Below, piece by piece: positions 26,472 to 36,131 of a DNA stretch of 64,000 bases (its first letter is position 1; the number at the start of each line of letters is the position of its first letter). The notes beneath the pieces are model-generated. The model saw only the letters and a program-made list of their open reading frames with translations, was not told the DNA's origin and did not search any database. The stretch covers positions 1-64,000 of the forward strand of contig JAVJSW010000030.1 in assembly GCA_040219255.1 (NCBI GenBank). Reading direction: 5' to 3'. The stretch is from Sumerlaeia bacterium. GTDB lineage: Bacteria; Sumerlaeota; Sumerlaeia; SLMS01; JAHLLQ01. The position numbers and the translations under genes are program-made.

Positions 26472-26783
26472 ATGGAAACCCTCGAAGTCATTTGTCCCGA
26501 CTGCGGTACCGTCTTGATTGTCAATCGCCTGACAGGCGGTGTGCTGGAGACACGCAAACCCGATAAAGAGGAAGAGAAGCAGGTCAAGGAAAACCGTTTC
26601 GACGAAGCGCGCCGCCGCGCGAAAGAGTCGGAAGAGCGAGCCGCCAAGAAATTCAAGGCGGCGCAGGAGGCCGAAAAGGACAAGTTCGCGAAGCTGGACG
26701 CCTTGTTCAAGGATCGAAAAAAAGAAATCGAGGACGACGGGGAGGAAATTGGACGGCCCGCGAGCCCCTTCGACTTGGATTGA
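26472..26783 (+). CDS. Small CxxC plus coiled-coil protein
   Basis: GGAGG RBS; VICPDCGTVL; ends PFDLD. Confidence 0.75.
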   Translation: METLEVICPDCGTVLIVNRLTGGVLETRKPDKEEEKQVKENRFDEARRRAKESEERAAKKFKAAQEAEKDKFAKLDALFKDRKKEIEDDGEEIGRPASPFDLD

Positions 26784-27036
26784 TCCCAGAGCCCCTTGGG
26801 AATTTGGAGCGTTCTAAGTCCGGCAAATTGGCGGGGGGAAGCGGAAAAGCCTTCCTATGTCTTTATTCCCCATTGCTCCACCCTCATGTCATTCTAGTAA
26901 ATCGCCCCGTCATCGCACGCAGTGCCCGGCTGGAACCCAAGTCGGATCGAACGAGGCCTCGGACAGCTAGCGCTCTTCAACCCCGTGACCTCAGACACAG
27001 TGTGACAATTCGCTACCAAGGAAGGTCTTGAATACT

Positions 27037-28464
27037 ATGAAGCCATCCGACGTGCTCAAGCTCGCAAAAGAGCATGACGTCAAATTTGTGGACGTCCGCT
27101 TTACGGACTTCCCGGGAACGCAACAGCATTTCACCGTTCCCGTCACCCAGCTCACCGAGGACGTTTTTGAGGACGGGTTCGGCTTCGATGGGTCCTCGAT
27201 TCGCGGTTGGCAGAGCATCGACCAGTCCGACATGCTCGTCATCCCCGATCCAAGCACCGCCATGGTGGACCCGTTCTTCAGCCATCCGACCCTCATCCTG
27301 CTCGGTCACATCGTCGACCCCATCACCAAAGAAGCCTACACCCGCGATCCCCGCAATGTCTGCCGCAAGGCCCACGCGTACCTCGAATCCACCGGCATCG
27401 CCGATTCCTGCCTTGTCGGACCGGAACTCGAGTTCTTCGTCTTCAACGAAGCCCGCTACTCCTACGGCCAAAACTCTTCCATGCACCTGGTCAACCACCC
27501 GGAAGGCCATTGGAACAGCGATGTGGACGAACGGAGCGACTTCGGCCGCCCCAACCTCGGCCGCAAGGTGCCCCCCAAGGGCGGCTACTTCCCCTGCCCG
27601 CCCACCGATCAACTCCAGGACCTGCGTTCCGAAATCGTCGAGATCATGAACGCCGCCGGGATGGACATCGAAACCCATCACCATGAAGTCGCCAGCGCCG
27701 GTCAGTGCGAAATCGACATGCGCTTCGGCCCCATGCTCACCACCGCCGACCGCTGCCTGCTCTACAAGTACATCGTCAAGAGCGTCTGCCAGCGCCACGG
27801 ACTCAGCGCCTGCTTCATGCCCAAGCCCCTCTACGGCGATAACGGCTCTGGCATGCACACCCACATGAGCCTCTGGAAGGGCAACACGCCCCTCTTCGCG
27901 GGCGACGGCTACGCCGGTCTGTCCGAATCGGCGTTACACTTCATCGGCGGCATCCTCAAGCACGCCCCCTCGATCCTGGCCTTCTCGAACCCGACGGTGA
28001 ACAGCTACCGCCGTCTCGTTCCGGGCTACGAGGCCCCGGTCAACCTCGCTTACTCGATGCGTAACCGCTCCGCGTCCGTCCGCATCCCCATGTACAGCCA
28101 GTCGCCCAAGGCCAAGCGCATCGAATTCCGCTGCCCCGATCCGTCCTGCAACCCGTACTACGCCTTCTCCGCCATGCTCATGGCCGGCCTCGACGGTATC
28201 CAGAACCGGATCGATCCGGGCGAAGCCCTCGACAAGAACATCTACGATCTTCCCGTCGAGTACGCCAAGACCATCCCCAACACACCCTACTCGCTCGAAG
28301 GCGCCCTTCAAGCCCTCGAGGAAGACCACGAGTTCCTCCTCAAGGGTGACGTCTTCACCGAAGACGTGATCGAGACCTGGATCGAACTCAAGATGAAGTC
28401 CGACGTGGAGCCCTTCCGCCTTCGTCCCCATCCGTACGAGTTCGTGCTCTACTACGACATCTAA
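27037..28464 (+). CDS. glnA: Glutamine synthetase type I
   Basis: [38 protein letters not shown], adenylylation site NIYDL. Confidence 0.98.
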   Translation: MKPSDVLKLAKEHDVKFVDVRFTDFPGTQQHFTVPVTQLTEDVFEDGFGFDGSSIRGWQSIDQSDMLVIPDPSTAMVDPFFSHPTLILLGHIVDPITKEAYTRDPRNVCRKAHAYLESTGIADSCLVGPELEFFVFNEARYSYGQNSSMHLVNHPEGHWNSDVDERSDFGRPNLGRKVPPKGGYFPCPPTDQLQDLRSEIVEIMNAAGMDIETHHHEVASAGQCEIDMRFGPMLTTADRCLLYKYIVKSVCQRHGLSACFMPKPLYGDNGSGMHTHMSLWKGNTPLFAGDGYAGLSESALHFIGGILKHAPSILAFSNPTVNSYRRLVPGYEAPVNLAYSMRNRSASVRIPMYSQSPKAKRIEFRCPDPSCNPYYAFSAMLMAGLDGIQNRIDPGEALDKNIYDLPVEYAKTIPNTPYSLEGALQALEEDHEFLLKGDVFTEDVIETWIELKMKSDVEPFRLRPHPYEFVLYYDI

Positions 28465-28521
28465 ACCGCCGCGCGCGTTTTCGCCGCCGGCACCATCGAC
28501 CCACCGAAAGGATAGCCGCCT

Positions 28522-28860
28522 ATGAAAAAGATCGAAGCGATCATCAAGCCGCACAAGATCGAAGACGTGCGCTCCGCACTCGCGGAAATCGGCATCGTCG
28601 GTCTGACCACGTGGGAATGCCGCGGTTTTGGCCGTCAGAAGGGCCATCAGGAAATCTACCGCGGCAGCGAGTACCAAGTCAGTTTCGTCCCCAAGATCAA
28701 GGTGGAAATCGTTTCTACCGACGATAAGGCCGACGAAGTTGTGGCCGCCATTAGCAAGGCCGCCCAGACCGGCACCATCGGCGACGGAAAAATCTTCGTC
28801 TCCGACATCGGCGTCGCCATGCGCATCCGCACTGGCGAAACGGGCGAAGACGCGCTGTAG
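28522..28860 (+). CDS. glnB: Nitrogen regulatory protein P-II
   Basis: GFGRQKG, T-loop YRGSEY, TGTIGDGKIF, RIRTGE. Confidence 0.95.
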   Translation: MKKIEAIIKPHKIEDVRSALAEIGIVGLTTWECRGFGRQKGHQEIYRGSEYQVSFVPKIKVEIVSTDDKADEVVAAISKAAQTGTIGDGKIFVSDIGVAMRIRTGETGEDAL

Positions 28861-28925
28861 ACCACAGCCCACGGCTTCATCCACGCCTCTTCTTCCGAAG
28901 AGGGCGCCTGCCAAAAGACCAAAGC

Positions 28926-28961
28926 AAAGCCCCGGTTTCCACCTTTGGGAACCGGGGCTTT
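28926..28961. terminator. Bidirectional intrinsic terminator
   Basis: AAAGCCCCGGTTTCC...GGGAACCGGGGCTTT between convergent genes. Confidence 0.8.
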
Positions 28962-29009
28962 CTTCATGTGCGCGATGCGCGGCCGCCACCTCGTTGGGGC
29001 GCCCGCGGC

Positions 29010-30047
29010 TCAGCCCTTGTCGAAGTCCAGGTCGAGGTCGAAGGAGGGCATCTCGTCCGACTTCTTCGAGGCCGCCTGACCGTTCGACGGCGTGTCGGTA
29101 TCGAAATCCAAAACGTCGTCCATGAAATCCAGGGCGCCGCCTCGGGGGGTGATGTCTTCGTCCCGCTTTTCCTGGGCCGAGTGGCCGGACGAGTTGGAGG
29201 AGGATGCGGGGGGCGGGGGCGGCGACCCCGATGGCGGGAAATCGTTCTGGGAATCGAGAGCGCCCAGGGCTCCTCCTCCGCCGTCTCCGCCTCCGGCCCG
29301 CTCTCTTTTCAGGGCTTCCGCCGCGGCGCCATCGCCCTCGTCGATCACGCGGGCCGCTTCCAGGATCAGCAACTCCGTCGGGATATCGTTCGTTTTCTCC
29401 GCCGACAGCAGCGCGTCGTAAACGTAGATGCGACCTTCGCTCCACCGCATCAGGTCCAGCATGGCCGGGAAGCCCTGCATCGCGCCGGCCTCGATGTGGG
29501 TGACTTGTCCGCCGTTGATGTAGATGGATCCGACGCGGCCGTCGTTGGCGAAAATGCGCAGCGTGCGGTGGCAGCGCTTCTGATAGAACATCTGTACCAG
29601 GTCGAGCAGCTCCAGCCCGTGCAAGTGGGGGTGGTCGGGAATTTCGGGAAAGAGGAGTTGGTTGATCATGCGTGTCAACCAGTCCGTGGCGATAGGGCGG
29701 GGGCAGATGGCGGAGGCGCCGCGCTTGAGCGCTTCGTCGCGCATTCCGGGGCGCATGCCGCTCTTTCCGCCGCCGCCGATAAAGATCAGGAAATTGTCCG
29801 GGCCGATCTGCTCGCGGATGGGATCGATCATGTCGAGCCCCATCACGTCGGGAAGGCGCTGATCGAGGAGGACGATGCGAGGACGATTCATCGCCAGGCT
29901 CATCGCGTCGAAGCCCGAGTGGGCTCGATAGATTTCCATCTGGCTGGGAAAAGTCTGATTGAGATGCTGCTCCAACTCGACAGCTTCATCCGCTTTTCCC
30001 AAAGCGAGCAGGATGACGATGGTTTCGGATTCGCTGGCGCTGAGCAT
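29010..30047 (-). CDS. Atypical response regulator with DUF4388 (PatA-N-like) domain
   Basis: LLDQRLPD receiver motif; GLELLDLVQMF...GSIYINGGQVTH...ELLILEAARVIDE. Confidence 0.75.
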   Translation of the reverse strand: MLSASESETIVILLALGKADEAVELEQHLNQTFPSQMEIYRAHSGFDAMSLAMNRPRIVLLDQRLPDVMGLDMIDPIREQIGPDNFLIFIGGGGKSGMRPGMRDEALKRGASAICPRPIATDWLTRMINQLLFPEIPDHPHLHGLELLDLVQMFYQKRCHRTLRIFANDGRVGSIYINGGQVTHIEAGAMQGFPAMLDLMRWSEGRIYVYDALLSAEKTNDIPTELLILEAARVIDEGDGAAAEALKRERAGGGDGGGGALGALDSQNDFPPSGSPPPPPASSSNSSGHSAQEKRDEDITPRGGALDFMDDVLDFDTDTPSNGQAASKKSDEMPSFDLDLDFDKG

Positions 30048-30199
30048 TACGCCTCAATCGGGTGAAGTGCGGGTTTCCCCAGGGGAATCTAAGCCGCTGC
30101 CATCTCGAAACTCTTCCCGGCGCGACGATCAAAGGCTAGTGTTGGGAGATGCTTTGGGCAATGTCAATGCGCGAGAAGGCACAAATTTTCTTTTCTCCT

Positions 30200-30949
30200 T
30201 CAATCGAGTTTTCTTCGTTCGCCCGCCGTCAGGGGACGCATCGATCCCGGACGCAAATCCCCCAACTCCAACGACCCAACGCGAACCCGCCGCAGGCGCC
30301 GGACGCCCGCACCCACCTCCTCGATCATGCGCCGGATTTGCCGGTTCTTGCCTTCCCGCAGCACGATCCGGTACAGGCAATCCTCCTGCGCGAGCGCCTC
30401 CACCAAGGCCGGCCGGGTGGCCGTTTCCGCCCCGCTCCGAATCCCCGGCAGCACCATCCCGCCACGCAATTGAGCCAGTTCCTCCTCCGCCAGCGCACGC
30501 ATCGTCCACAGCCAGTATTCCTTCTCCACCACGTGGCGCGGATGCGTCAGCCGATTCGCCAGGTCTCCATCGGTGGTCAGCAGCAACAGCCCCTCGCTCA
30601 TGTAATCGAGCCGCCCGACGTACACCAGTCGATCGCGGATGGGGCGGAATTTGGGGGGCACGAATTCGAAGACGGTGCGGCGATTCTCCGGATCGTCGCG
30701 GCTCACCAGGACCCGCGGCGGCTTGTTCAGCATCAGCGTCACCGATTCTTCCACCGCGAAATGCAGCGCCGTCCCGTCCACTTCGACTCGGTCGGTGCGG
30801 GGATCGATGCGCCGCGAGAGATCGGTCTCCGGCTCGCCGTTGACACGTACACGGCCGGCGGAAATCAGATCGCCCGCCTTGCGCCGCGACGCCACGCCAC
30901 AGCGTGCCAGGAATTGGCCGAGGCGAAAGGTGTCGTCCGTGGGGGTCAT
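30200..30949 (-). CDS. rluB: S4-domain pseudouridine synthase (RluB/RsuA family)
   Basis: GVASRRKA, LNKP, VGRLDYMSEGLLLLT, EGKNRQIRRM; downstream of scpAB. Confidence 0.85.
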   Translation of the reverse strand: MTPTDDTFRLGQFLARCGVASRRKAGDLISAGRVRVNGEPETDLSRRIDPRTDRVEVDGTALHFAVEESVTLMLNKPPRVLVSRDDPENRRTVFEFVPPKFRPIRDRLVYVGRLDYMSEGLLLLTTDGDLANRLTHPRHVVEKEYWLWTMRALAEEELAQLRGGMVLPGIRSGAETATRPALVEALAQEDCLYRIVLREGKNRQIRRMIEEVGAGVRRLRRVRVGSLELGDLRPGSMRPLTAGERRKLD

Positions 30950-31581
30950 GAGGTGCCTTCTTCCGGTCCAGCGGTCAGCAGATTGCGCAACTCGGAAACG
31001 GACGGCAATTCGTCCAGATTCCTGAGCCCAAAGGTCTTGAGGAACGACTCGGTCGTTCCATAGAGCGTCGGCCGGCCCACCGTTTCCCGGTGGCCGACGG
31101 ATTCGATGAGTCCCGCGTCGAGGAGCGAGCGCAGCACGCCGCCGCAATCGACGCCCCGCACGCTCTCCACTTCGGCTTTCGTGAGGGGTTGTTTGTAAGC
31201 CACGATCGCCAGCGTTTCCATCACGGCGGGGGAGAGGGACATGCGCTTGCGGTGCTTGTGGAGTGACAGCACGTAGTCTGCCATTTCCGGTTTGGTGGCC
31301 ATTTGCCATCCGCCCGCCACCTCCATCAGCATCAGGCCCCGGCCCGGCTGGCCATAGCGCTCCTCCAGGAGGGAGAAGGCGGCCTTGATGTCGGGCTCCG
31401 GCGCTCCGCCGAGAAGTTGGCTCAGGCGCTTGGGGGTCATCGGCTCGGTGGCGGCGAAGAGCAGGGCCTCGACCGCCGCGAGGAGCACCTCGCCGGTGGG
31501 GGCGGGGATTTCCGATTCTTCCATCAGGGGCGGGGAAGCGGGATTCTTTTCCGCGGGGGCTGGAGAGGGCGCGTCGCTCAT
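30946..31581 (-). CDS. scpB: SMC-Scp complex subunit ScpB
   Basis: VEALLFA, ETLAIVAYKQP, RGV, GRPTLYGTT..FL..FGL..L.ELP. Confidence 0.95.
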   Translation of the reverse strand: MSDAPSPAPAEKNPASPPLMEESEIPAPTGEVLLAAVEALLFAATEPMTPKRLSQLLGGAPEPDIKAAFSLLEERYGQPGRGLMLMEVAGGWQMATKPEMADYVLSLHKHRKRMSLSPAVMETLAIVAYKQPLTKAEVESVRGVDCGGVLRSLLDAGLIESVGHRETVGRPTLYGTTESFLKTFGLRNLDELPSVSELRNLLTAGPEEGTS

Positions 31582-31673
31582 GGGCGGCAATTGCAAAGCC
31601 AACGGCCCCAAGAATCAAGGGGTGAGTTGATGGTTCACTCCGGGGCGCGAAGGGTTCCCGGGAGGGTTGAGCT

Positions 31674-32483
31674 TCAGCCGACGGCCACGACCTGCTCGTC
31701 CCAGGGGGCGATGAGGATGTCGTCGCCGGGGCCGGCCTGGGCGATGGTGATTTCCCGCAGGCGGGCCATTTCCAGGAGGGCGAGGAGGAAGCAGACGATT
31801 TCCTCCTTGTCGCCGCTGCGTTCGAACAGGCGGGCCATATTGATCTGGGCGCCCTGGCCGGCGGCGACGGCGTCGCGGAGGCGGGTGCGCAGGTCGGCGA
31901 TTTTTTCTTCGACGGTGAAACGCTCGCGCACGACGTGGTGTTCGGCGGGACTTTGGCGGATTTGTGACAGAACACGGGAAAACGCGTCGAAGAGGGCGCG
32001 GATGTCCTGGCGGGGCAGTTCGTTTTCGTCCTCGGCGCCGGGGACGATGCTGATGACCTGGGCGCGGTAGAAGACGCCGCTGTTGGCTTGCTCGAGATGG
32101 CGCAGGCTCGACGCCGCCTCCTTGATTTTGCGGTAGGCGACGAGGCGGCGGATGAGATCGCTGGCGGAGAGGATTTCATCGACTTCCTCCTCATCCTCCT
32201 GTTGTTCTTCCTCGCGCTGGGGCAGGAGCGAGCGGCTCTTGATGTTGAGCAGGGTGGCTGCCATGACCAGGAAATCGCCGGCCACGTCGAGGTCCAGATC
32301 GGTCATCGCGTTCAGGTAGTCGATATACTGGCGCGTGATGGTGAAGATGGAGATGTCCTCGATTTCCATCTCGTTGATTTTCACGAGGTGGAGAAGCAGG
32401 TCGAGGGGCCCTTCGAAAACCGGGAGGACGACGCGCTTGGGATAGGGGGAGTAGACTTCTTCGACGGGGAGGGCGGACATCAT
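31674..32483 (-). CDS. scpA: SMC-Scp complex kleisin ScpA
   Basis: FEGPLDLLLHL, FLVMAATLLNIKSRSLLP, FLLALLEM. Confidence 0.95.
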   Translation of the reverse strand: MMSALPVEEVYSPYPKRVVLPVFEGPLDLLLHLVKINEMEIEDISIFTITRQYIDYLNAMTDLDLDVAGDFLVMAATLLNIKSRSLLPQREEEQQEDEEEVDEILSASDLIRRLVAYRKIKEAASSLRHLEQANSGVFYRAQVISIVPGAEDENELPRQDIRALFDAFSRVLSQIRQSPAEHHVVRERFTVEEKIADLRTRLRDAVAAGQGAQINMARLFERSGDKEEIVCFLLALLEMARLREITIAQAGPGDDILIAPWDEQVVAVG

Positions 32484-32568
32484 GGCAACGGGTTCCGGTG
32501 AATGCTGTGGAAAACAGGCTAGGTTTTTCCACAGCGGCGATCAAGAGGATCGTGAAGCTCGGGAAAAA

Positions 32569-32874
32569 TTATCGTGCCTTTTCTTGCGCGGACCGCTTGG
32601 CACGGGGCTTTCGGGGCGGTGCCTCCTCGAGCACGCGGTCGCCGTGCTTCTCGCGCCATCGAGCACGGTCGAGCCAGAGGCCCGAGCCGCGCTGGCCGGC
32701 GGAGCACTCGCAGAATTGGAGTTGAGCCCGGCCGCGGTTGGGGACTTGGGCGGGCCGGCCGCAGAAGCCGCAGACCAGCGAGTTGAGGTGTTTTCGGTAG
32801 GCGGTGACGTCCCACATGGAGGGGAAGCGGTGGCGCTCGGGCGGGCAGTTCTCAGTGGGCGGAGTGGGGGACAT
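32569..32874 (-). CDS. Small Cys-containing hypothetical protein
   Basis: CGFC...CEC motif; fills the gap upstream of scpA. Confidence 0.5.
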   Translation of the reverse strand: MSPTPPTENCPPERHRFPSMWDVTAYRKHLNSLVCGFCGRPAQVPNRGRAQLQFCECSAGQRGSGLWLDRARWREKHGDRVLEEAPPRKPRAKRSAQEKAR

Positions 32875-33062
32875 GGGAGGGAAAACCTCGCGGCTGTGAT
32901 TTACGCTTTACCTTCGCATAGAGGGGTTGGGTTTGTCAAGGGGGTGGTTTGCTTTATTTTCGCTTATTGGAGCGGGTCCAGTCTGTGCTTGAGTCCCCGC
33001 GGGCCCGGTCCTACCCCCTTCACATCGCGAGATCGCACTGGCTGCCGCCGTCCCCCTTCCCC

Positions 33063-34802
33063 ATGCTCCGCCTCGAAGCCTCCTCAACCGACCTTCATCC
33101 CGCCAAGATGGGCGCTCCCTTGTGGCGTTCGGAGGGGTTGCTGGCCGGCTGTCTGTTCCTGATGGCGGCGATTCTGTACTCCGCCGGGTTAATGGAAACC
33201 GGTTTCGAGGGCCAGGACGAGCGGCGCTACGCCGTGGTGGCGAAGGAGATCGGCCCGGGCGCGGGCGAGGGTTCGGTGCGGGGCGGGGGTCTGGCGTCGT
33301 ACTTTGTGATGACCCATATGGGAGAACTCTACCCGGACAAGCCGCCGCTGTTTTTCTGGGCGCAGCGTTTGAGCTACGCGGTGTGGGGGGGAGTGAGCCC
33401 GTGGGCGGCGCGGTTTCCGTTGTTTCTGGCGGCGATGGGGGCGTTGATCTTCGTGTACTTGGCGTTGCGCCAGGCGGAGGGGGCGGCGGTGGCGCTGGCG
33501 GGGACGGGGTTGCTGATGCTGGCGGGGCGTTTCGTGTGGGCCAGCCATTGGGCGCGGCTCGACATTCCGATGTGTTTTTTCGTGTTCGGGGCGCTGTGGT
33601 GTTCGATGCGTCTGCTGTTTCCGCGAGAGGGTCAGGATCCCGGTGTGCGCTGGGCCGTGCTGGCGTGGGTCTTCGCGGGGTTGGCGATTCTGGCGAAGGG
33701 GCCGGGCGGGCCACTATGGATGATTCTGGTGGCTCTGTTCGCGGCGGTGCGGCGGGATTGGGGGGTGGTGCGGGTGCATCGGCCGCTGCTGGGCGTGCCG
33801 ATCATGCTGGCGATTCCGGCGCTGTGGTTCGTGCCGGCGGCGCTGCTGGGGGGCGAGGACTACATCGGGCCGATGATCGGCACGCACGTGGTGGAGCGCG
33901 CCGTGGGGATCGTGCGTCACGGCGAACCTTGGTATTATTTCTTCGAACGCATCGCCTATGACAGTGCGCCTCTGGGGCTTTGCCTGCCGGCGGCGTTGTG
34001 GTTCGCGTGGTGGCGGCGGAGGAATGGCGCGGCGGGCGATGGCGACCGGGCGCGGGAGTCGTTCTGGCTGGTTTGGTTGATCGGGGGATTGATATTGTTC
34101 AGTTTACCTCAGGGGAAGCGGACGCTGTACATCCTGCCTCTGTACCCGGCGCTGGCGGCGCTGGTGGGCCGGTTCTTCATTGCGGCGGCGCAATCGGGGG
34201 CGCCGCTGTTCCTGGCACGGCTGGCGCGGGCGCACCTGGCCGCCTTCGCGTTCGTTGGTGTGGCGCTGGGTGTGGCGCTGTTGCTGGGATTGCGGCCCGA
34301 GCCGTCGGATCATTATCCGGCGCCGATGGGGGAGGGTCTGGCGCTGGTTCTGGCGTGGACTGCGTCGCTCGGAGGAGCGGTGGTCTTCGCGGCCCTTTGG
34401 CAGAGGCGGACCGTCCTGCCGTTCGCCAGCCTCGTCGTCTGTGTCTGGCTGCTTGAGGTATTGGCTTTCACCTTCTACTTTCCGCCTCAGCGCGACGACG
34501 CGGTGTTGCGGGAAGTGGCCGAGGTGACGGACGCGCAGGGCGGCGAGCGGCTTCTAGTGCTGGGCCGCGAGAACGTGTTCGGGCTGTACGGTTCGCTGCC
34601 ATGCGTGGTGGCGCCGGACGACGTTATCGGCGCGGCGGCGGAGGTCATCGCGGCCCATCCGGGCAGCCCGCTGGTGACCTATCAAGGCAACTTCAAGAGC
34701 TATTCGGAGTTCCACTTTTCGGTGCCGGAGTGGACGCTGATCGCGAGTTGGCGCGATCCGGTGGCGAACGAGACGATTTTGCTGTTCGATCCGCACCGGT
34801 AG
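33063..34802 (+). CDS. ArnT-like (GT83/GT39) glycosyltransferase
   Basis: DERRYA, YPDKPPLFFW, ARLD, LAKGP, H.EPWYYF, KRTLYILPLYP; start may be 33108. Confidence 0.88.
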   Translation: MLRLEASSTDLHPAKMGAPLWRSEGLLAGCLFLMAAILYSAGLMETGFEGQDERRYAVVAKEIGPGAGEGSVRGGGLASYFVMTHMGELYPDKPPLFFWAQRLSYAVWGGVSPWAARFPLFLAAMGALIFVYLALRQAEGAAVALAGTGLLMLAGRFVWASHWARLDIPMCFFVFGALWCSMRLLFPREGQDPGVRWAVLAWVFAGLAILAKGPGGPLWMILVALFAAVRRDWGVVRVHRPLLGVPIMLAIPALWFVPAALLGGEDYIGPMIGTHVVERAVGIVRHGEPWYYFFERIAYDSAPLGLCLPAALWFAWWRRRNGAAGDGDRARESFWLVWLIGGLILFSLPQGKRTLYILPLYPALAALVGRFFIAAAQSGAPLFLARLARAHLAAFAFVGVALGVALLLGLRPEPSDHYPAPMGEGLALVLAWTASLGGAVVFAALWQRRTVLPFASLVVCVWLLEVLAFTFYFPPQRDDAVLREVAEVTDAQGGERLLVLGRENVFGLYGSLPCVVAPDDVIGAAAEVIAAHPGSPLVTYQGNFKSYSEFHFSVPEWTLIASWRDPVANETILLFDPHR

Positions 34803-34863
34803 TCAGTCTTCTGGAACGAAGGTTGCACACGGGGCGGACATCCTTTCGCCTTCGAGGTCCATC

Positions 34864-36003
34864 ATGTTTCCTTCCCGTTTCGCTTTCCTGTGCGCCGCCG
34901 CGCTGCCTTGGCTTGGCGCCGGGACCGCCCTGGAGGCGGAGCCCGCACCTTCCGCCGGGGAAAGGCTCCACGCCGTGGCCGATTTCGCAGATCGGCAGGC
35001 TACCGGCGTCACGGTCAGTTCGGACGGCCGGGTCTTCGTCTGCTTCCCGCGATGGAGTCCGAACCTCGCGATGTCGGTGGGGGAGGTTTATCCCGATGGG
35101 ACTTTGCAGCCTTTTCCGAACGAGCGCTGGAACGAATGGGAGCCGGGGACGGACGATCCGAACCGGTTCGTTTGCGTCCAGAGCGTCGTCGTGGCGCCCG
35201 ACGGGCGGCTGTTCGCGCTCGATCCGGCGTCGCCGTTCATGGAGGGCGTGGTCGAGCGCGGGGCGCGGCTGTTCGGTTTCAACCTGGACGAGCGGGTGCC
35301 CGACGGGGCCTACGGGTTCCCGGACGACATCGCGCCGAAGAACAGCTATTTGAACGATGTGCGCTTCGATCCGGGGATGACCCACGCGTATATCACGGAC
35401 TCGGGGACGGGAGCGCTGGTGGTGCTCGACCTGGAGTCGGGCGAGAGCCGGCGCGTTTTGGCGCAGCATTCTTCGACGCAGGCCGAAGACGTCACACCAG
35501 TCATTGGCGGTCGTCCCTTCGTGGTGAGCGAGACGGGCGAGACGCCGAAGATCCACGCCGACGGTATCGCGATTTCGGAGGATGGGGAGACGCTGTTCTT
35601 CCACGCCCTGACCGCCTACCATCTCTACGCGATCCCGACGGCTAAACTGAAGGATTTCAGTCTTTCCGAAGACGAACTGGCGGCGGCGGTGCGGGATCTC
35701 GGCGAGACGCACGTGACGGACGGCATGCACCGGGGGACGGCGGCGCTGGGCGGTGCGGATGCGATTCTGCACACGGCGCTGGAGAAGGACGCCATCACGG
35801 CGTGGAGCCCGGGCACCGGCGCCATGTCGACGGTGCTGCAGGACCCGCGGTTGATCTGGCCGGACACGTTGGCAGTGGGGCCGGATGGATCGCTGTTCAT
35901 CACGGCGGCGCAGATTCATAACGCGCCGCGGTTCAATGAGGGCGAGAATCGGCGGATTCACCCTTATGTGCTATGGCGGCTGGCTCCTGGCGAAGAGTTT
36001 TAG
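34864..36003 (+). CDS. Secreted major royal jelly/yellow-like beta-propeller protein
   Basis: Signal peptide; GRVFVCFPRW, CVQSV, YLNDVRFD, AYITDSG, ADGIAIS, WPDT. Confidence 0.85.
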   Translation: MFPSRFAFLCAAALPWLGAGTALEAEPAPSAGERLHAVADFADRQATGVTVSSDGRVFVCFPRWSPNLAMSVGEVYPDGTLQPFPNERWNEWEPGTDDPNRFVCVQSVVVAPDGRLFALDPASPFMEGVVERGARLFGFNLDERVPDGAYGFPDDIAPKNSYLNDVRFDPGMTHAYITDSGTGALVVLDLESGESRRVLAQHSSTQAEDVTPVIGGRPFVVSETGETPKIHADGIAISEDGETLFFHALTAYHLYAIPTAKLKDFSLSEDELAAAVRDLGETHVTDGMHRGTAALGGADAILHTALEKDAITAWSPGTGAMSTVLQDPRLIWPDTLAVGPDGSLFITAAQIHNAPRFNEGENRRIHPYVLWRLAPGEEF

Positions 36004-36131
36004 CGCCAGGACAGGAGTGGGATGATGGTAGATTTCCGCCGGACAAGCCTTGAAATGCGCGGGGCTTTCGGAGACAACGCGGCCCTTGCGGTGTCCGAGC
36101 CGCCGAATTCCGACCGGGGAGCGTCCCGTTT

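Noticed and set aside
26790-27036. glnA riboswitch, sigma-54 promoter or GlnR/TnrA box
   Set aside because: No convincing match to the glutamine riboswitch, GG-N10-GC consensus or TGTNA-N7-TNACA by eye.
30200-32194. 664-aa extended pseudouridine synthase or programmed fusion
   Set aside because: The extension overlaps scpA/scpB in other frames; the real start at 30949 overlaps the scpB stop.
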